The position numbers and the translations under genes were made by a program. From positions 14,595-78,594 of the forward strand of contig CAYRZU010000002.1 in NCBI GenBank assembly GCA_964428895.1: a stretch of 64,000 bases of DNA, in the 5' to 3' direction. The stretch is from an uncultured Planctomycetaceae bacterium. Lineage in GTDB: Bacteria; Planctomycetota; Phycisphaerae; SM23-33. The notes beneath the pieces were generated by a model, which was not told the origin of the DNA, searched no databases, and was given only the letters and a program-made list of their open reading frames with translations. Shown here piece by piece: positions 35,190 through 44,786 of the stretch (positions within the stretch are counted from its first letter, which is position 1; each line of letters begins with the position of its first letter).

Positions 35190-36587
35190 TCATGCCTCCA
35201 GCAGCACATCCTGCCGGCGCAGTTCGGCCTGGACCGAGCCGACGTCGACCGCGTTGACCGGAACGGCTTGCTTGACCGCTTCGGCGGCGGCGACTCCCGC
35301 GGCGTGCCCGACGACCAGGCAGCCGGACTGGCCCCGAACCATGCCCGGACGCTCAACGCAGGGATTCTTGGCCGACCCGACAATAACGTTCGGGGTTTCG
35401 TGACCGATCAGAATGCCCAGCGGAATGTTGCCGGCCTCCCGGAGCAGGCCAAACGGCTTGGTGCGCCGGTCGACTTCAGTGACCAGGCCGACGACGTCCG
35501 GAAAGCGTTTGCCGTCTTCGAAATCGTCGGCGCTCAGTCTGCTCTTGCCGATGAAGGTCCGGGAAATCCGGTGCCCGATTTCCGAGGCCGTTTCCACCAG
35601 GTAGGCGTCCTCGAAACCCGGGAAATGCTTGATAAGGAACTCGGCCTGCATTTCGGCCAGCAGTCGGCCTTCCTCCTCGCGCTCGCTCTCGGCAATGACA
35701 TCGTAGCCGTCGCCATAGAACCAATTGGAGTTGATCAACACCGTGCCTCGGTTGCATCGCGCCGAGAACAGCCCAAAACAGGCCATGGTCTCGGCGTGCT
35801 TACCGAATCGTTCTTGGTAACCGCCGGATGCCAGCGCGTGGGCCACCACACGGAGGGTCTTGCCGCCGCCGTGGGGAAGATGGAACACGCCGTATTCCCG
35901 CCAGTTCCGAACGGTATCTTCCAGGCTCGTGGGCACGTCGACCTGGGGGGAGTAGCTGTCGGGGTCCTGCTCGATCCAGTCGATGATCTTATCGATGTCG
36001 ACGTTGGCCATTCGGTTCAGCAACGTCGAGCCGTCGTCGACCTGATCATACCGCCCGCCGGCTGGGCCGATGATGCTCAGATCGCCGGAGGCGTCGACGA
36101 ACTGGCGGGCCGTGACCGCAAAGAGCTGGTCGCGCGCGTGAAAGAGGCCGGCCTGAACGCGCTCGCCGTCGGTGAGCACGTCGCACATGACGGACCCGTA
36201 GAGGCATCGGACATTGGCCTCGCGAAGCATCTTGATCATGACGCGCTTGACCACTTCCGGGTCGTTGGGGATTTGCGGCTGCGTGGGCCTGCGGTAGTGG
36301 GGCTGTGTCCCGCCCTCAGCCACGAGGCGATCTATGAACTCCACCGGCAGGCCGGTGGTGATCTCCCGGCCGTCACGGGTCACGAAGTAGTTGCCGATGC
36401 TGCACATCAGCCCGCTGGTCGCCACGCCGCCGGGAAAGTGGTTCCGCTCGACGAGGACGGTGTCGACGCCTGCTCGGGCGGCCGACACCGCCGCGGCAAA
36501 GCCACTCATCCCGGTGCCGAGAACGAGAACGTCACAGTCAAGCAGGACGGGAACGTCCCGTGGAGGCGCCGTTAGTGTCTTGCTCAT
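35190..36587 (-). CDS. FAD-dependent oxidoreductase (PVC/Bacteroidota 'FAD dependent oxidoreductase' family)
   Basis: Preferred start ATG 36587 (MSKTL...DCDVLVLGTGMSGFAAAVSAARAG, a GxGxxG dinucleotide fold). C-terminus paralogous to the remnant at 29680-29778. Confidence 0.7.
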   Translation of the reverse strand: MSKTLTAPPRDVPVLLDCDVLVLGTGMSGFAAAVSAARAGVDTVLVERNHFPGGVATSGLMCSIGNYFVTRDGREITTGLPVEFIDRLVAEGGTQPHYRRPTQPQIPNDPEVVKRVMIKMLREANVRCLYGSVMCDVLTDGERVQAGLFHARDQLFAVTARQFVDASGDLSIIGPAGGRYDQVDDGSTLLNRMANVDIDKIIDWIEQDPDSYSPQVDVPTSLEDTVRNWREYGVFHLPHGGGKTLRVVAHALASGGYQERFGKHAETMACFGLFSARCNRGTVLINSNWFYGDGYDVIAESEREEEGRLLAEMQAEFLIKHFPGFEDAYLVETASEIGHRISRTFIGKSRLSADDFEDGKRFPDVVGLVTEVDRRTKPFGLLREAGNIPLGILIGHETPNVIVGSAKNPCVERPGMVRGQSGCLVVGHAAGVAAAEAVKQAVPVNAVDVGSVQAELRRQDVLLEA

Positions 36588-36612
36588 GAGATGTGTCCAT
36601 GTCGTGTCGCGG

Positions 36613-37896
36613 CTAATAGAGCGTGAAGTTTGCGCCGGTTCCCAAGGGGATGGGGCGGTCGGGCTTGGCGCCCATTTCATTCTGGAAGACACAGACCTCC
36701 GACGCGGGATCGCAGGAGAAGATCAGGTCGGGAACGCCGTTGCCGGTCATATCGCCCGTGGCGACCATCCCGATCTCCGCCGGCGGAACGTCGAAGATGC
36801 CGACCTTCTCCCCGCGGCCGTTGAACATCGCCGCAGCCGTGCCCATGACAATCGAATCGAGGCCTTCGCCGAACCAGTCGATCAACTTATGGTGACGGCT
36901 ACCGTCGGTGATAATCTGGCCGAGCAGGTTGCCGTGATCGTCCAACACCCAGTGAGGGCTGACACCGGGCTCGCGATGATCGATATCAACCACGACCTGT
37001 TTGCCGGGCACATCTGCGCAGACCTTGCCGACGTCGATGGACTCAAAATGATGGCCGGTGACGGACCAAATCGGCCCGCCGGCGCCGTCGATCATGGCCA
37101 CGCAGTAGCCCGTGCATAACGTCAGAGCCAGGCGGGACACCGCGGGGGCCTTGCCCATTTCAAAGACGCGGACGCAATCCAGATGGCCGGGCTCGTCCGA
37201 CAGGTCGTTGACGGGCAGGTCCCAGCGGCTCGTGCCGTTGGGGTTCAGGAGGGCGTAGCCGGCCATGATCTCGTCTCGGCCGTCGCCGTCGATGTCCATG
37301 GGGTGAGGCTGATGGGCGGTGCCGTAGCCGGCGGGCTCTACGACGGTCCACAGCAGCTCGCCTTCGCGATTGAAGGCCCAGATCTGTCCGTAACGGGTCG
37401 TAAGCAAGACCTCGCCCGCCCACTTGCCGCCGGAGAGATTCACGAAAACCATGCAGTCGGCTGAATCAGGCGGAATCGCGAACCGATGCTTTTCCTTACC
37501 GGTCGCGCCATCGAGTCCGATGATGGCGTCCTTGGTGGCAACGACCACCTCATTCCGCCCGTCGCCGTCCCAATCGTGGATTTGACAGGCCACGTCGTGG
37601 TGCAACGTGTTGCGCCCTTCGGCGGGGTCGCCCCATCGCCAGAGCACACTGCCGTCCAGCCGATGGACGACGACCGAGCTGGTGTAGTGAATATCGTTGG
37701 CGTCGAAGTTCTTGGCGCTGACGATCTCGACCTGTCCGTCGCCATCGACATCGCCGGCGATGATCCAGCTTCCGGCGTAGTCCGGGTCGAGGGTGACACG
37801 CTTCCACGGCCGGATCAGGGGAAGGCCGTCATTGGGGATGTCGTTGGCTCGCACGTCGAACAGGCTGGGTGTCATGGCCGTGCCGTCTTTACGCAT
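36613..37896 (-). CDS. FG-GAP/VCBS-like repeat beta-propeller protein
   Basis: Repeated D.DGDG Ca-binding-like motifs (GDVDGDGQVEIV, DWDGDGRNEVVV, DIDGDGRDEIMAG). Overlaps the upstream epimerase gene by 8 bp. Confidence 0.6.
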   Translation of the reverse strand: MRKDGTAMTPSLFDVRANDIPNDGLPLIRPWKRVTLDPDYAGSWIIAGDVDGDGQVEIVSAKNFDANDIHYTSSVVVHRLDGSVLWRWGDPAEGRNTLHHDVACQIHDWDGDGRNEVVVATKDAIIGLDGATGKEKHRFAIPPDSADCMVFVNLSGGKWAGEVLLTTRYGQIWAFNREGELLWTVVEPAGYGTAHQPHPMDIDGDGRDEIMAGYALLNPNGTSRWDLPVNDLSDEPGHLDCVRVFEMGKAPAVSRLALTLCTGYCVAMIDGAGGPIWSVTGHHFESIDVGKVCADVPGKQVVVDIDHREPGVSPHWVLDDHGNLLGQIITDGSRHHKLIDWFGEGLDSIVMGTAAAMFNGRGEKVGIFDVPPAEIGMVATGDMTGNGVPDLIFSCDPASEVCVFQNEMGAKPDRPIPLGTGANFTLY

Positions 37897-38800
37897 CGGA
37901 TCCCCCCGTCAAGGCGGCGTGGGCTTGTTCGAAATTGAAGGCCGGCTCCCAGTTCAGGATGCGCTTGGCCTTGGTGATGTCGTAGGCCGGGCCGATCCAT
38001 TCGCCACTGTAGCCGTTAGCGAGCAGCCAGTCGTAGTGGTCGGGCCAGCAGTGTTGGGCAATGCGGCCGCCGTCGCCGTCCGCTTCGCGACACATCTCGC
38101 CCGTGTAGGGCAGGCGGTTGACGGTGTTGAATGCCTCGAAGAAGCCGACCGGGCCGCCGGGCTCTTGCAGGCCGCACAGCACACGGACGGCTGCGACGTG
38201 GGCGGTGGCGATATCATCGACCACGGCGAACGAGCCGATCATGGACAGGCACGTGTCCAACTCGGACCTCGGCATGAAGGCGGGCGGCCGCATGGCGAAG
38301 GTGCGGACCTCCTCGGCGTCGGCTCGGAGGCGGGCAATCGTCTCCTGGGTGTACTTGGTATAACTGTAGATGTCGCTGAGCGGGAACAGGCAGTCCTCCG
38401 AGACCGGCCAGGTATCCATGGGGATGTTGCCGTAGCCGATCGCGGCGATGCTGCTGGTCAGCACGATTCGACCGATGCCCATCTCGGCCGCCAACGCATA
38501 CAGCGTCCAGGTGCCTTTGACGTTGGCGTCGAGGTATTGGTCATCGGTGTAGGGCTTCCACGGATGCAGCGAGGCGGTGTGGACGACGGCGTCCACGCCT
38601 TCCAGTAACTTGCGGAGGACGTCTCGATCCGAAAGATCAGCTTGCGTGAAGGCGCATTCGCTGGGCAGGGGCGATTCCGGCGGCGCCATGTCCAGGCCAC
38701 GCACATCGAAGCCGTCGGCTATGAGCATGGGCACGACATGGCTTCCAAGATGGCCGGATGCGCCGGTTACGAGAACGGTGGTTGCGTTGGGGTCGCTCAT
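37889..38800 (-). CDS. NAD-dependent epimerase/dehydratase (extended SDR)
   Basis: VLVTGASGHLG Rossmann motif. YSYTK (YxxxK). Confidence 0.75.
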   Translation of the reverse strand: MSDPNATTVLVTGASGHLGSHVVPMLIADGFDVRGLDMAPPESPLPSECAFTQADLSDRDVLRKLLEGVDAVVHTASLHPWKPYTDDQYLDANVKGTWTLYALAAEMGIGRIVLTSSIAAIGYGNIPMDTWPVSEDCLFPLSDIYSYTKYTQETIARLRADAEEVRTFAMRPPAFMPRSELDTCLSMIGSFAVVDDIATAHVAAVRVLCGLQEPGGPVGFFEAFNTVNRLPYTGEMCREADGDGGRIAQHCWPDHYDWLLANGYSGEWIGPAYDITKAKRILNWEPAFNFEQAHAALTGGSDA

Positions 38801-38807
38801 AGTTGTC

Positions 38808-39536
38808 CTACCAAGGGGCTTGGGCCATCGGAATCACAACGACATCGAAGACGTTCACGTCCGGCGGGGCGGTCGCGACGTGCAGCACGGATCGGGCGAT
38901 GTGCTCGACGGTCAACCAGCCGGTGGCGTCCTTGCGTTCGGGGTTGGTCAGCGTGGTATCGACCACGCCGGGGCAGACCAGGCTGACGGCGATTTGCGAG
39001 CCCGAGCCGTGGAGCTGACGGGCGACCGACTCGGTCATGTGCCGAATGGCGGCCTTGGAGGCGTTGTAGGCGCCGCCGTCGCCGAACTCGGTCCAGTGCG
39101 ACCGCACCGAGCCGATGTTGATGATCTTGCCGGTATCGTTGACGACCTTCATCAGCCGCACCGCGTGACTCATGCAGTTGAAGGCCGCAACCACGTTGAT
39201 CTCCAGACACCGGCGAACGTCCTCAACCGCCAACGACTCCACCGGCCCGAACGGCGCGATGCCCGCGTTGTTGACCAGCACGTCCAGGCGGCCGAGGTGT
39301 GTCTGCACGTGGGCGAACAGGTCGTCCACGAACTGTTCGTCGGTGATATCGCCCGGCAGGGGCATGACTGTCCCCGGCGCGTCGGCCATGTGGGCCGCCA
39401 GATCGTCCAGTTCAGCCGCCGTCCGACTCGTGGCGACAACGGTAGCCCCTTCGGCGGCGAACAGCTCGGCCACGGCCCGGCCGATGCCGCGTCCCGCGCC
39501 CGTTACCAATGCGATCTTGTCAGTCAGTTGTTCCAT
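38808..39536 (-). CDS. Short-chain dehydrogenase/reductase (classical SDR)
   Basis: Start ATG 39536 (MEQLTDKIALVTGAGRGIG) after GGAG. NNAG. YNASK. Confidence 0.8.
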   Translation of the reverse strand: MEQLTDKIALVTGAGRGIGRAVAELFAAEGATVVATSRTAAELDDLAAHMADAPGTVMPLPGDITDEQFVDDLFAHVQTHLGRLDVLVNNAGIAPFGPVESLAVEDVRRCLEINVVAAFNCMSHAVRLMKVVNDTGKIINIGSVRSHWTEFGDGGAYNASKAAIRHMTESVARQLHGSGSQIAVSLVCPGVVDTTLTNPERKDATGWLTVEHIARSVLHVATAPPDVNVFDVVVIPMAQAPW

Positions 39537-39756
39537 GAAGAACTCCGGTAAGCTGTCGGTGTGGATGGAGTATGCCACTGGCGCCGGCGGAACTCAATGC
39601 ACATGACGGCCTGATTAGCCTGTGGCGTGGCCTTGGGTCCAAGAGGACGGAGATGACGGCAAGGGGGGAATGGCCAAACACGGAAGCCCTGTGTGTGGGT
39701 TCCGCGGGAATACCAGATCCTGCCACGGCTGGAAGAGGGATTGGTGCCCCCCCGGG

Positions 39757-39782
39757 GGCGTTGCCCCCGTAGGGGCAACGCC
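39757..39782. promoter_or_regulatory. Perfect 11-bp inverted repeat (GGCGTTGCCCC cgta GGGGCAACGCC) in the divergent SDR/LuxR intergenic region: candidate operator or structured element
   Basis: Read directly from the sequence. It lies in the ~510-bp intergenic region between the divergently transcribed starts at 39536 and 40048. Confidence 0.45.
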
Positions 39783-39814
39783 GTCAACTGCCGCCCCATC
39801 CGTGGCTTGCGCCG

Positions 39815-39823
39815 CCCCCCCCC
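39815..39823. repeat. C9 homopolymer in the divergent intergenic region
   Basis: gccgCCCCCCCCCggtg. A C7 run follows at about 39849-39856. Confidence 0.8.
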
Positions 39824-40047
39824 GGTGAGGCTATCTGCGTAAGTGACGACCCCCCTCAGGCCGTCACCACGATAACTACCAGAGGATGCCAGCAACGACA
39901 TCCGCAATAGGCAGAAGGTCCCTCTGCCCTTGTCCGAGGACTAGCAGGCTACCCGGCAGGGGGGGCCGCGCATAGCCCACTTTTGTGGGGTCTTCCGGGG
40001 CTAATTCATGGTTTAATAAGGCGCTGCCAATTAGGTGGGCAATTGGG

Positions 40048-40809
40048 ATGACCGAACCGAAGCTATCCGAATCAGACGTCAGGGCCATCACACAACTGCT
40101 TGGCGAGGTGGCGATCCTTGAAGGCGATCTGGTCGCCAAGCGGCGTTTTCTGGCGGAGGGGCTTGCGGCGCTGATCTCTGCCGACGGATGGATTTGGGGC
40201 AGGGGCGCTTGGGATCCAGAGACCTCAAATCCCACCGTGCTGGACGTGCTGTTCGGTGGGTTGGACGAGCGACAGGTCGCCGCGTGGTTCGAGGCGTGCA
40301 CCGTCGCGCTGCCGGTGAACGACCCGATCACCCAACGGCTGGCCGAGGGGAGGCAACTCACCTGCACACAGCAGGAGCTCGTCGACGACGAGACTTGGCA
40401 GACCAACCCCACCGTTCGCCAGTATGTCCTGTCCAACAACATGGCCCAGACGTTGTATGCCCTGACGCCGCTGGGCGAGCGGGAGTGGGTCGGCATCGTG
40501 TTCTATCGATCGGAGGGTCAAGAGCCCTTCTCGCAGGACGAGCGACGGATCGCCCATATCGTGACCACCGAGGTCCGTTGGCTTCGCGAGGACGTTGCCC
40601 TCGGTCCGGTCAGCGCCAGAGCGCTGCAATTGCCTCAGCGCCTGCGCCCGGTCCTCACGCTTCTGCTGGACGGGTATGCGTGCGATGAAATCGCCGACCT
40701 CATCAGCCTCAGTCCGCACACGGTCAAGGGCTACATGAAGACGATCTACAAGCACTTCGACGTGCGAAGTCACACCAAGCTCATCCAGGCGTTCCGCCAC
40801 CAGAACTAG
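40048..40809 (+). CDS. LuxR-family transcriptional regulator (C-terminal HTH)
   Basis: C-terminal LPQRLRPVLTLLLDGYACDEIADLISLSPHTVKGYMKTIYKHFDV is a LuxR/GerE HTH. The N-terminal ~190 aa has no recognised sensor domain. Start is uncertain (ATG 40048 or GTG 39985). Confidence 0.65.
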   Translation: MTEPKLSESDVRAITQLLGEVAILEGDLVAKRRFLAEGLAALISADGWIWGRGAWDPETSNPTVLDVLFGGLDERQVAAWFEACTVALPVNDPITQRLAEGRQLTCTQQELVDDETWQTNPTVRQYVLSNNMAQTLYALTPLGEREWVGIVFYRSEGQEPFSQDERRIAHIVTTEVRWLREDVALGPVSARALQLPQRLRPVLTLLLDGYACDEIADLISLSPHTVKGYMKTIYKHFDVRSHTKLIQAFRHQN

Positions 40810-41047
40810 GGGCCTGGCCTATTGTTCCACCTTCCACAGTGAGGCGATGGCGTTTTTGATGATGATCTCGGCGCCGACTTCCCGTGGGCCGAACCATTCG
40901 CTTAGCGCGCCGCACGCCCACCAGAGCGGCAGCTTGCGACCGCCGCGGATGTAAGGCATGATTCTATAACAAACAGAGCGACCCCAACCACATTTCCCCC
41001 AAGGCTCTTTCTCTTCGGCGGCGCGTTGGCGTACAGTAGCGGCCGAC

Positions 41048-42433
41048 ATGAGCGGGCCGACGAACATCCTGCTGATCCATTCCGACCAGCACCGCTACGA
41101 CTGCCTCGGCGCCAACGGCCATCCGTTCCTCCAAACGCCCAACCTGGATCGCCTCGCCGCCGAGGGGATGAATTTCACTCACGCCTTCACGCCGATTGCG
41201 CTGTGCACACCGGCGCGCAATTGCCTCCTGCACGGCCAGTGGTCGTTCCAGCACGGCTGCATCATGAACTGCGATTCGGAGGCCCCGGCCGAGCCGCCTG
41301 CGGATCTGCCCAGCTTCAGCCAACAGCTTCGCGATCAGAACTACCGCCTCGCCTACGTCGGCAAGTGGCACGTCTCCAACACCCGCGGGCCGGCCCATTA
41401 CGGCTTTGGCAAGTTCCCGGGGCACGACGCCTACGACCAATGGCTTCAGGCCCAGGGCTGCCCGCCGGCCGATTACGCCAATGGGTGGTTCGGCGAGACC
41501 CTCCACGGCCGAACGCCGGAGCAGACGCATCTGGCGTGGTGCGCCGACCGCACCATCGACTACCTGCGAACCGCCGCCGCCGGTGAGGACGGCTTCTTCA
41601 TCCGCTGGGATCCCCCCGAGCCGCACCTGCCCAACCTCGTGCCCGAGCCCTACGCCAGCATGTACCCACCGGAGACGATTCCCCCCTGGCCGAGCTTCGG
41701 CGATCCGCTCGATGGCAAGCCCATCGTCCAGCGGCAGCAACTGTTCACGTGGAAGATCAATGACTGGACCTGGGATGACTGGGCCCCGATCGTGGGCCGA
41801 TACCTCGGCGAAATCTCCCTGATGGACGCCCAGATCGGTCGCGTGCTGGCGGCGCTGGAGGAGCTGGGCCTGGCCGAGAGCACGCTCGTGATCTACACCA
41901 CCGACCACGGCGACATGTGCGGCGGGCACGGTATGATCGACAAGCACTTCGTGATGTACGACGACATCGTGCGCGTGCCCTTCATCGCCCGTTGGCCGGG
42001 CCGAATCGCGCCGGGCTCGCAGTGCGACAGCTTCGTCTCTCACGAGATCGATCTGGCCACCACCTTCTGCGACGTTGCCGGCGCCCCCGTGCCGGAGACG
42101 TTTCAGGGCCAGAGCCTTGTCCCGCTCTTTGACGGCGGCGGCAACGATCGGCCCGACATCCTCAGCGCCTACCACGGCAATCAATTCGGGTCCTTCAGCC
42201 AGCGGATGGTCCGCGACCGCCGCTGGAAATACGTGTGGAACCCCACCGCCGAGGATGAGCTCTACGACTTGGTCAACGACCCCCACGAGCTGACCAACCG
42301 GGCCGGCGACGCATCCTGCGCCGGCGAACTCGCGCGGCTGCGCGGCCGCCTGATCGACTGGATGCAACAAACGCACGATCCGCTCGGCAACGAATGGACA
42401 CGGACCCAACTGCGCGAAGGGCTCAGCCTGTAG
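41048..42433 (+). CDS. Formylglycine-dependent sulfatase (Cys-type)
   Basis: NILLIHSDQHRYDCLG. ALCTPAR. GKWHV. The 481-aa minus-strand ORF over it is antisense noise. Confidence 0.9.
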   Translation: MSGPTNILLIHSDQHRYDCLGANGHPFLQTPNLDRLAAEGMNFTHAFTPIALCTPARNCLLHGQWSFQHGCIMNCDSEAPAEPPADLPSFSQQLRDQNYRLAYVGKWHVSNTRGPAHYGFGKFPGHDAYDQWLQAQGCPPADYANGWFGETLHGRTPEQTHLAWCADRTIDYLRTAAAGEDGFFIRWDPPEPHLPNLVPEPYASMYPPETIPPWPSFGDPLDGKPIVQRQQLFTWKINDWTWDDWAPIVGRYLGEISLMDAQIGRVLAALEELGLAESTLVIYTTDHGDMCGGHGMIDKHFVMYDDIVRVPFIARWPGRIAPGSQCDSFVSHEIDLATTFCDVAGAPVPETFQGQSLVPLFDGGGNDRPDILSAYHGNQFGSFSQRMVRDRRWKYVWNPTAEDELYDLVNDPHELTNRAGDASCAGELARLRGRLIDWMQQTHDPLGNEWTRTQLREGLSL

Positions 42434-42450
42434 AGAGGTCCAACGCCAAG

Positions 42451-43557
42451 ATGGAGGCCCCCATGAGCGATGGATGGCAGACGCGACTGGCCAGGCAGGA
42501 CAGGTACTTCAAGGAAGGGGCGGGGCACTTCCTGATCATGGGCACCTACGCCGAGGGCGGGCCCGAGCGTGCGGCCGAACACCCTATCGAGGGCCAGACC
42601 AACACCCTGTCCGAGGAGTTCCTGGCCAAGCACGCCTACGACCTGGGCATCCAGACCGCCCTGTGGGCGGCGCAGGAATTGGCTTGGAACGAACGGCTGG
42701 ACGACGATTCGCTCCCCGGCCACGCCATCGACGTGGGCGTCGGCTCGACGGCCTCGCTGTTTACCGGCGGGAAGGTGCTCTTCCACGAGCACACCAGCTA
42801 CTCGCTCGATACCTTCGTGAAGACCTGGGACGACGTCGACCGCCTCAAGTTCGACCCCGACAATCGGTGGGTCCAATACGACCTTCAGACCTGGCGCGGC
42901 ATTTCGTCGGCCTACCCGCCGGGGCTCGTGGTCAGCCCGCATTTCTTCCGGAGTCCGCTGGACCTGGCCAACGATCTGCGCGGCAACCAGATCTTCGTCG
43001 ACATGTACGATGAGCCCGAGCAAGTCGAGCGATTGCTGACGGTCTGCACGGACATGATTATCGAGGCGGCTGCTTTCCTCCGGCAGGAGATTCCTCTGTT
43101 GCGCGAGTCGCCGTCCGGCATCTGGGGCATGGCCAGCAGTTCGCCCGACGTCGTCGTCATTAACGGCGACCAGGTCGACATGATCTCGCCGGAAATGGGC
43201 GAGCGGTTCAATCATCCGTACATCGAACGCATCTGCCGCGAGGCCGGGCCGGTGTTCTTCCATCACCACACGCTGGGTGTCTCGCGGGTTACGAGCGTGG
43301 CGAAGATGAAGGGCATTTTCGTGCAGAATTTCATCTACGATCAGAAGTGCCCGAAGATTCTCGACATCGTGGACGATGAATGGATCGCGGCATCCAACCG
43401 TGTGCCGATCGACGTCTGTCAGCCGCTCAACGAAGCCTACAATCTCGACGACGTGCTGGAAATAATGGCGCCGGGCCGCTTCATCGTGCACTGTCACGGC
43501 CAGACGGCCGACGAATGCAACGACATGATCGCCCGCATCCGGAGCTACGACACGTGA
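42451..43557 (+). CDS. URO-D-like family protein (paralogous motif to 1-503), function unknown
   Basis: RBS GAGAGG. ISPEMGERFNHPYIERICREAG parallels VSPDMFREFIQPSYHDIMMAA of the first ORF. Its stop overlaps the GTG start of the next gene (GTGA). Confidence 0.45.
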   Translation: MEAPMSDGWQTRLARQDRYFKEGAGHFLIMGTYAEGGPERAAEHPIEGQTNTLSEEFLAKHAYDLGIQTALWAAQELAWNERLDDDSLPGHAIDVGVGSTASLFTGGKVLFHEHTSYSLDTFVKTWDDVDRLKFDPDNRWVQYDLQTWRGISSAYPPGLVVSPHFFRSPLDLANDLRGNQIFVDMYDEPEQVERLLTVCTDMIIEAAAFLRQEIPLLRESPSGIWGMASSSPDVVVINGDQVDMISPEMGERFNHPYIERICREAGPVFFHHHTLGVSRVTSVAKMKGIFVQNFIYDQKCPKILDIVDDEWIAASNRVPIDVCQPLNEAYNLDDVLEIMAPGRFIVHCHGQTADECNDMIARIRSYDT

Positions 43558-44764
43558 TCAAACACAAAGGCGACACCTGGAATGAGTCGAGCGTTCACGC
43601 CGACATCGAAACCGGGCGGGCCGTGCGGCGACTGACCGCAGCGGGGCTGTGGAACGAAAAGCCCACCTACCACACCAACACCGCCTTCACCGCCGATGGC
43701 GAATCGCTGATCTTCGCTCGCGCCCACGAGGGGCGCACGGCGATGTTCAAGTGTCATGTTCCCACCGGCGAGCTGACGCAACTGACCGAACCGGCGGGCG
43801 GCGTGGGCAGCCCGTGGGGCGTCCACAAGATCGGTGGAGAAAGCGAGTATTTCGACGGGCGCGGCATCAGCGGCATCATGGCCTGCATCGCGCCGAGAAG
43901 CCGACGGGTTGTGTTCGGCGTTGGCAGAAGCGTTCGAATCGTTCATCTGGACACATTCGAAGAGAGGGTGCTGCTCGAGGATTTCGGCCCGGAATGGGTC
44001 GACGGTGCGATGAGCATTGGGCCGGCCGAGACGCACGCGCTACTGCCCCTCATGCCGGGCCACCCGGAGGTGCTCGCCGGGAAGGAGCCCACCAAGAGCT
44101 ACGTCGACAGCTTCGCCGAAGGCGGCATGGTGACGCGTTATGTCGAGATCCCGCTCGATGGCGGCGAAAGCCGAATCGCCTTCGAAGACGATGGGTACGG
44201 TGCGCCCATTGCCCGCACAGCCCGACCGACGACGATCTGATCCTGATCGACCGGGACCGCGCCCCGATCTTCTGGGGAGGCGGCGACCACGGGGCCAGCA
44301 CGCGATGCTGGACGTTGCGCCTGTCAACGGGCGAGCTGACCGAACTACGCCCCCGTAACAATCAGCGCTTCCAGGTGCATGCGGCCTGGACGTGGGATGG
44401 CCAGTGTGTGGTCTATCACGGCTTCATGCGCGAGGGAGGGTACTACATCGGCATCATCGACAAGTCCGGCCAGGTCGTCCGGGAGTATGCGCTGCCCGAG
44501 GCTGGGGCCTACGGCCACGTGTCGGCTGTACCGGATCGGCCAGCCATCTTGCTCGACGGCAACGTGACCGAAGACAAGCTGACGTGGCTGTACTACAACC
44601 AGGACGAGCCGCGCTTCGAGACCATCGCTACCCACGGCACGGAATGGCGCGGCATTCCAGGCCAGTACTCGGACCCCCACCCACAGACCGACCCCACCGG
44701 CCGATGGATTGCCTATCACGTTGCTAAAGACGGCAGGACCGACATCTGCGCCGTGACGGTGTGA
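43554..44764 (+). pseudogene. Oligogalacturonate lyase (PL22)-like protein with an apparent frameshift near 44200-44235
   Basis: The N-terminal part (43554-44240: RRLTAAGLWNEKPTYHTNTAFTADGESLIFA...TGELTQLTEPAG) and the C-terminal part (reading frame of ORF 43649-44764: ...DPHPQTDPTGRWIAYH) both resemble Ogl (recalled: LTPPDV.CHRNYFYQK.FT.DG..LLF...LTEG ... HPHPSFTP), but in different frames. Confidence 0.5.
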
Positions 44765-44786
44765 GGCGGATTCCAAGGGAAACACA

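Noticed and set aside
35268-36575. 435-aa plus-strand ORF
   Set aside because: It is antisense to the FAD-dependent oxidoreductase gene, which has a GxGxxG motif and a paralogous remnant elsewhere.
40819-41067. 82-aa minus-strand ORF in the LuxR/sulfatase intergenic region
   Set aside because: No RBS and no recognisable features. It overlaps an AT-rich patch (tataac at ~40973-40978) that is more plausibly the promoter of the plus-strand sulfatase gene.
40964-42409. 481-aa minus-strand ORF
   Set aside because: It is antisense to a sulfatase gene carrying the canonical CTPAR motif.
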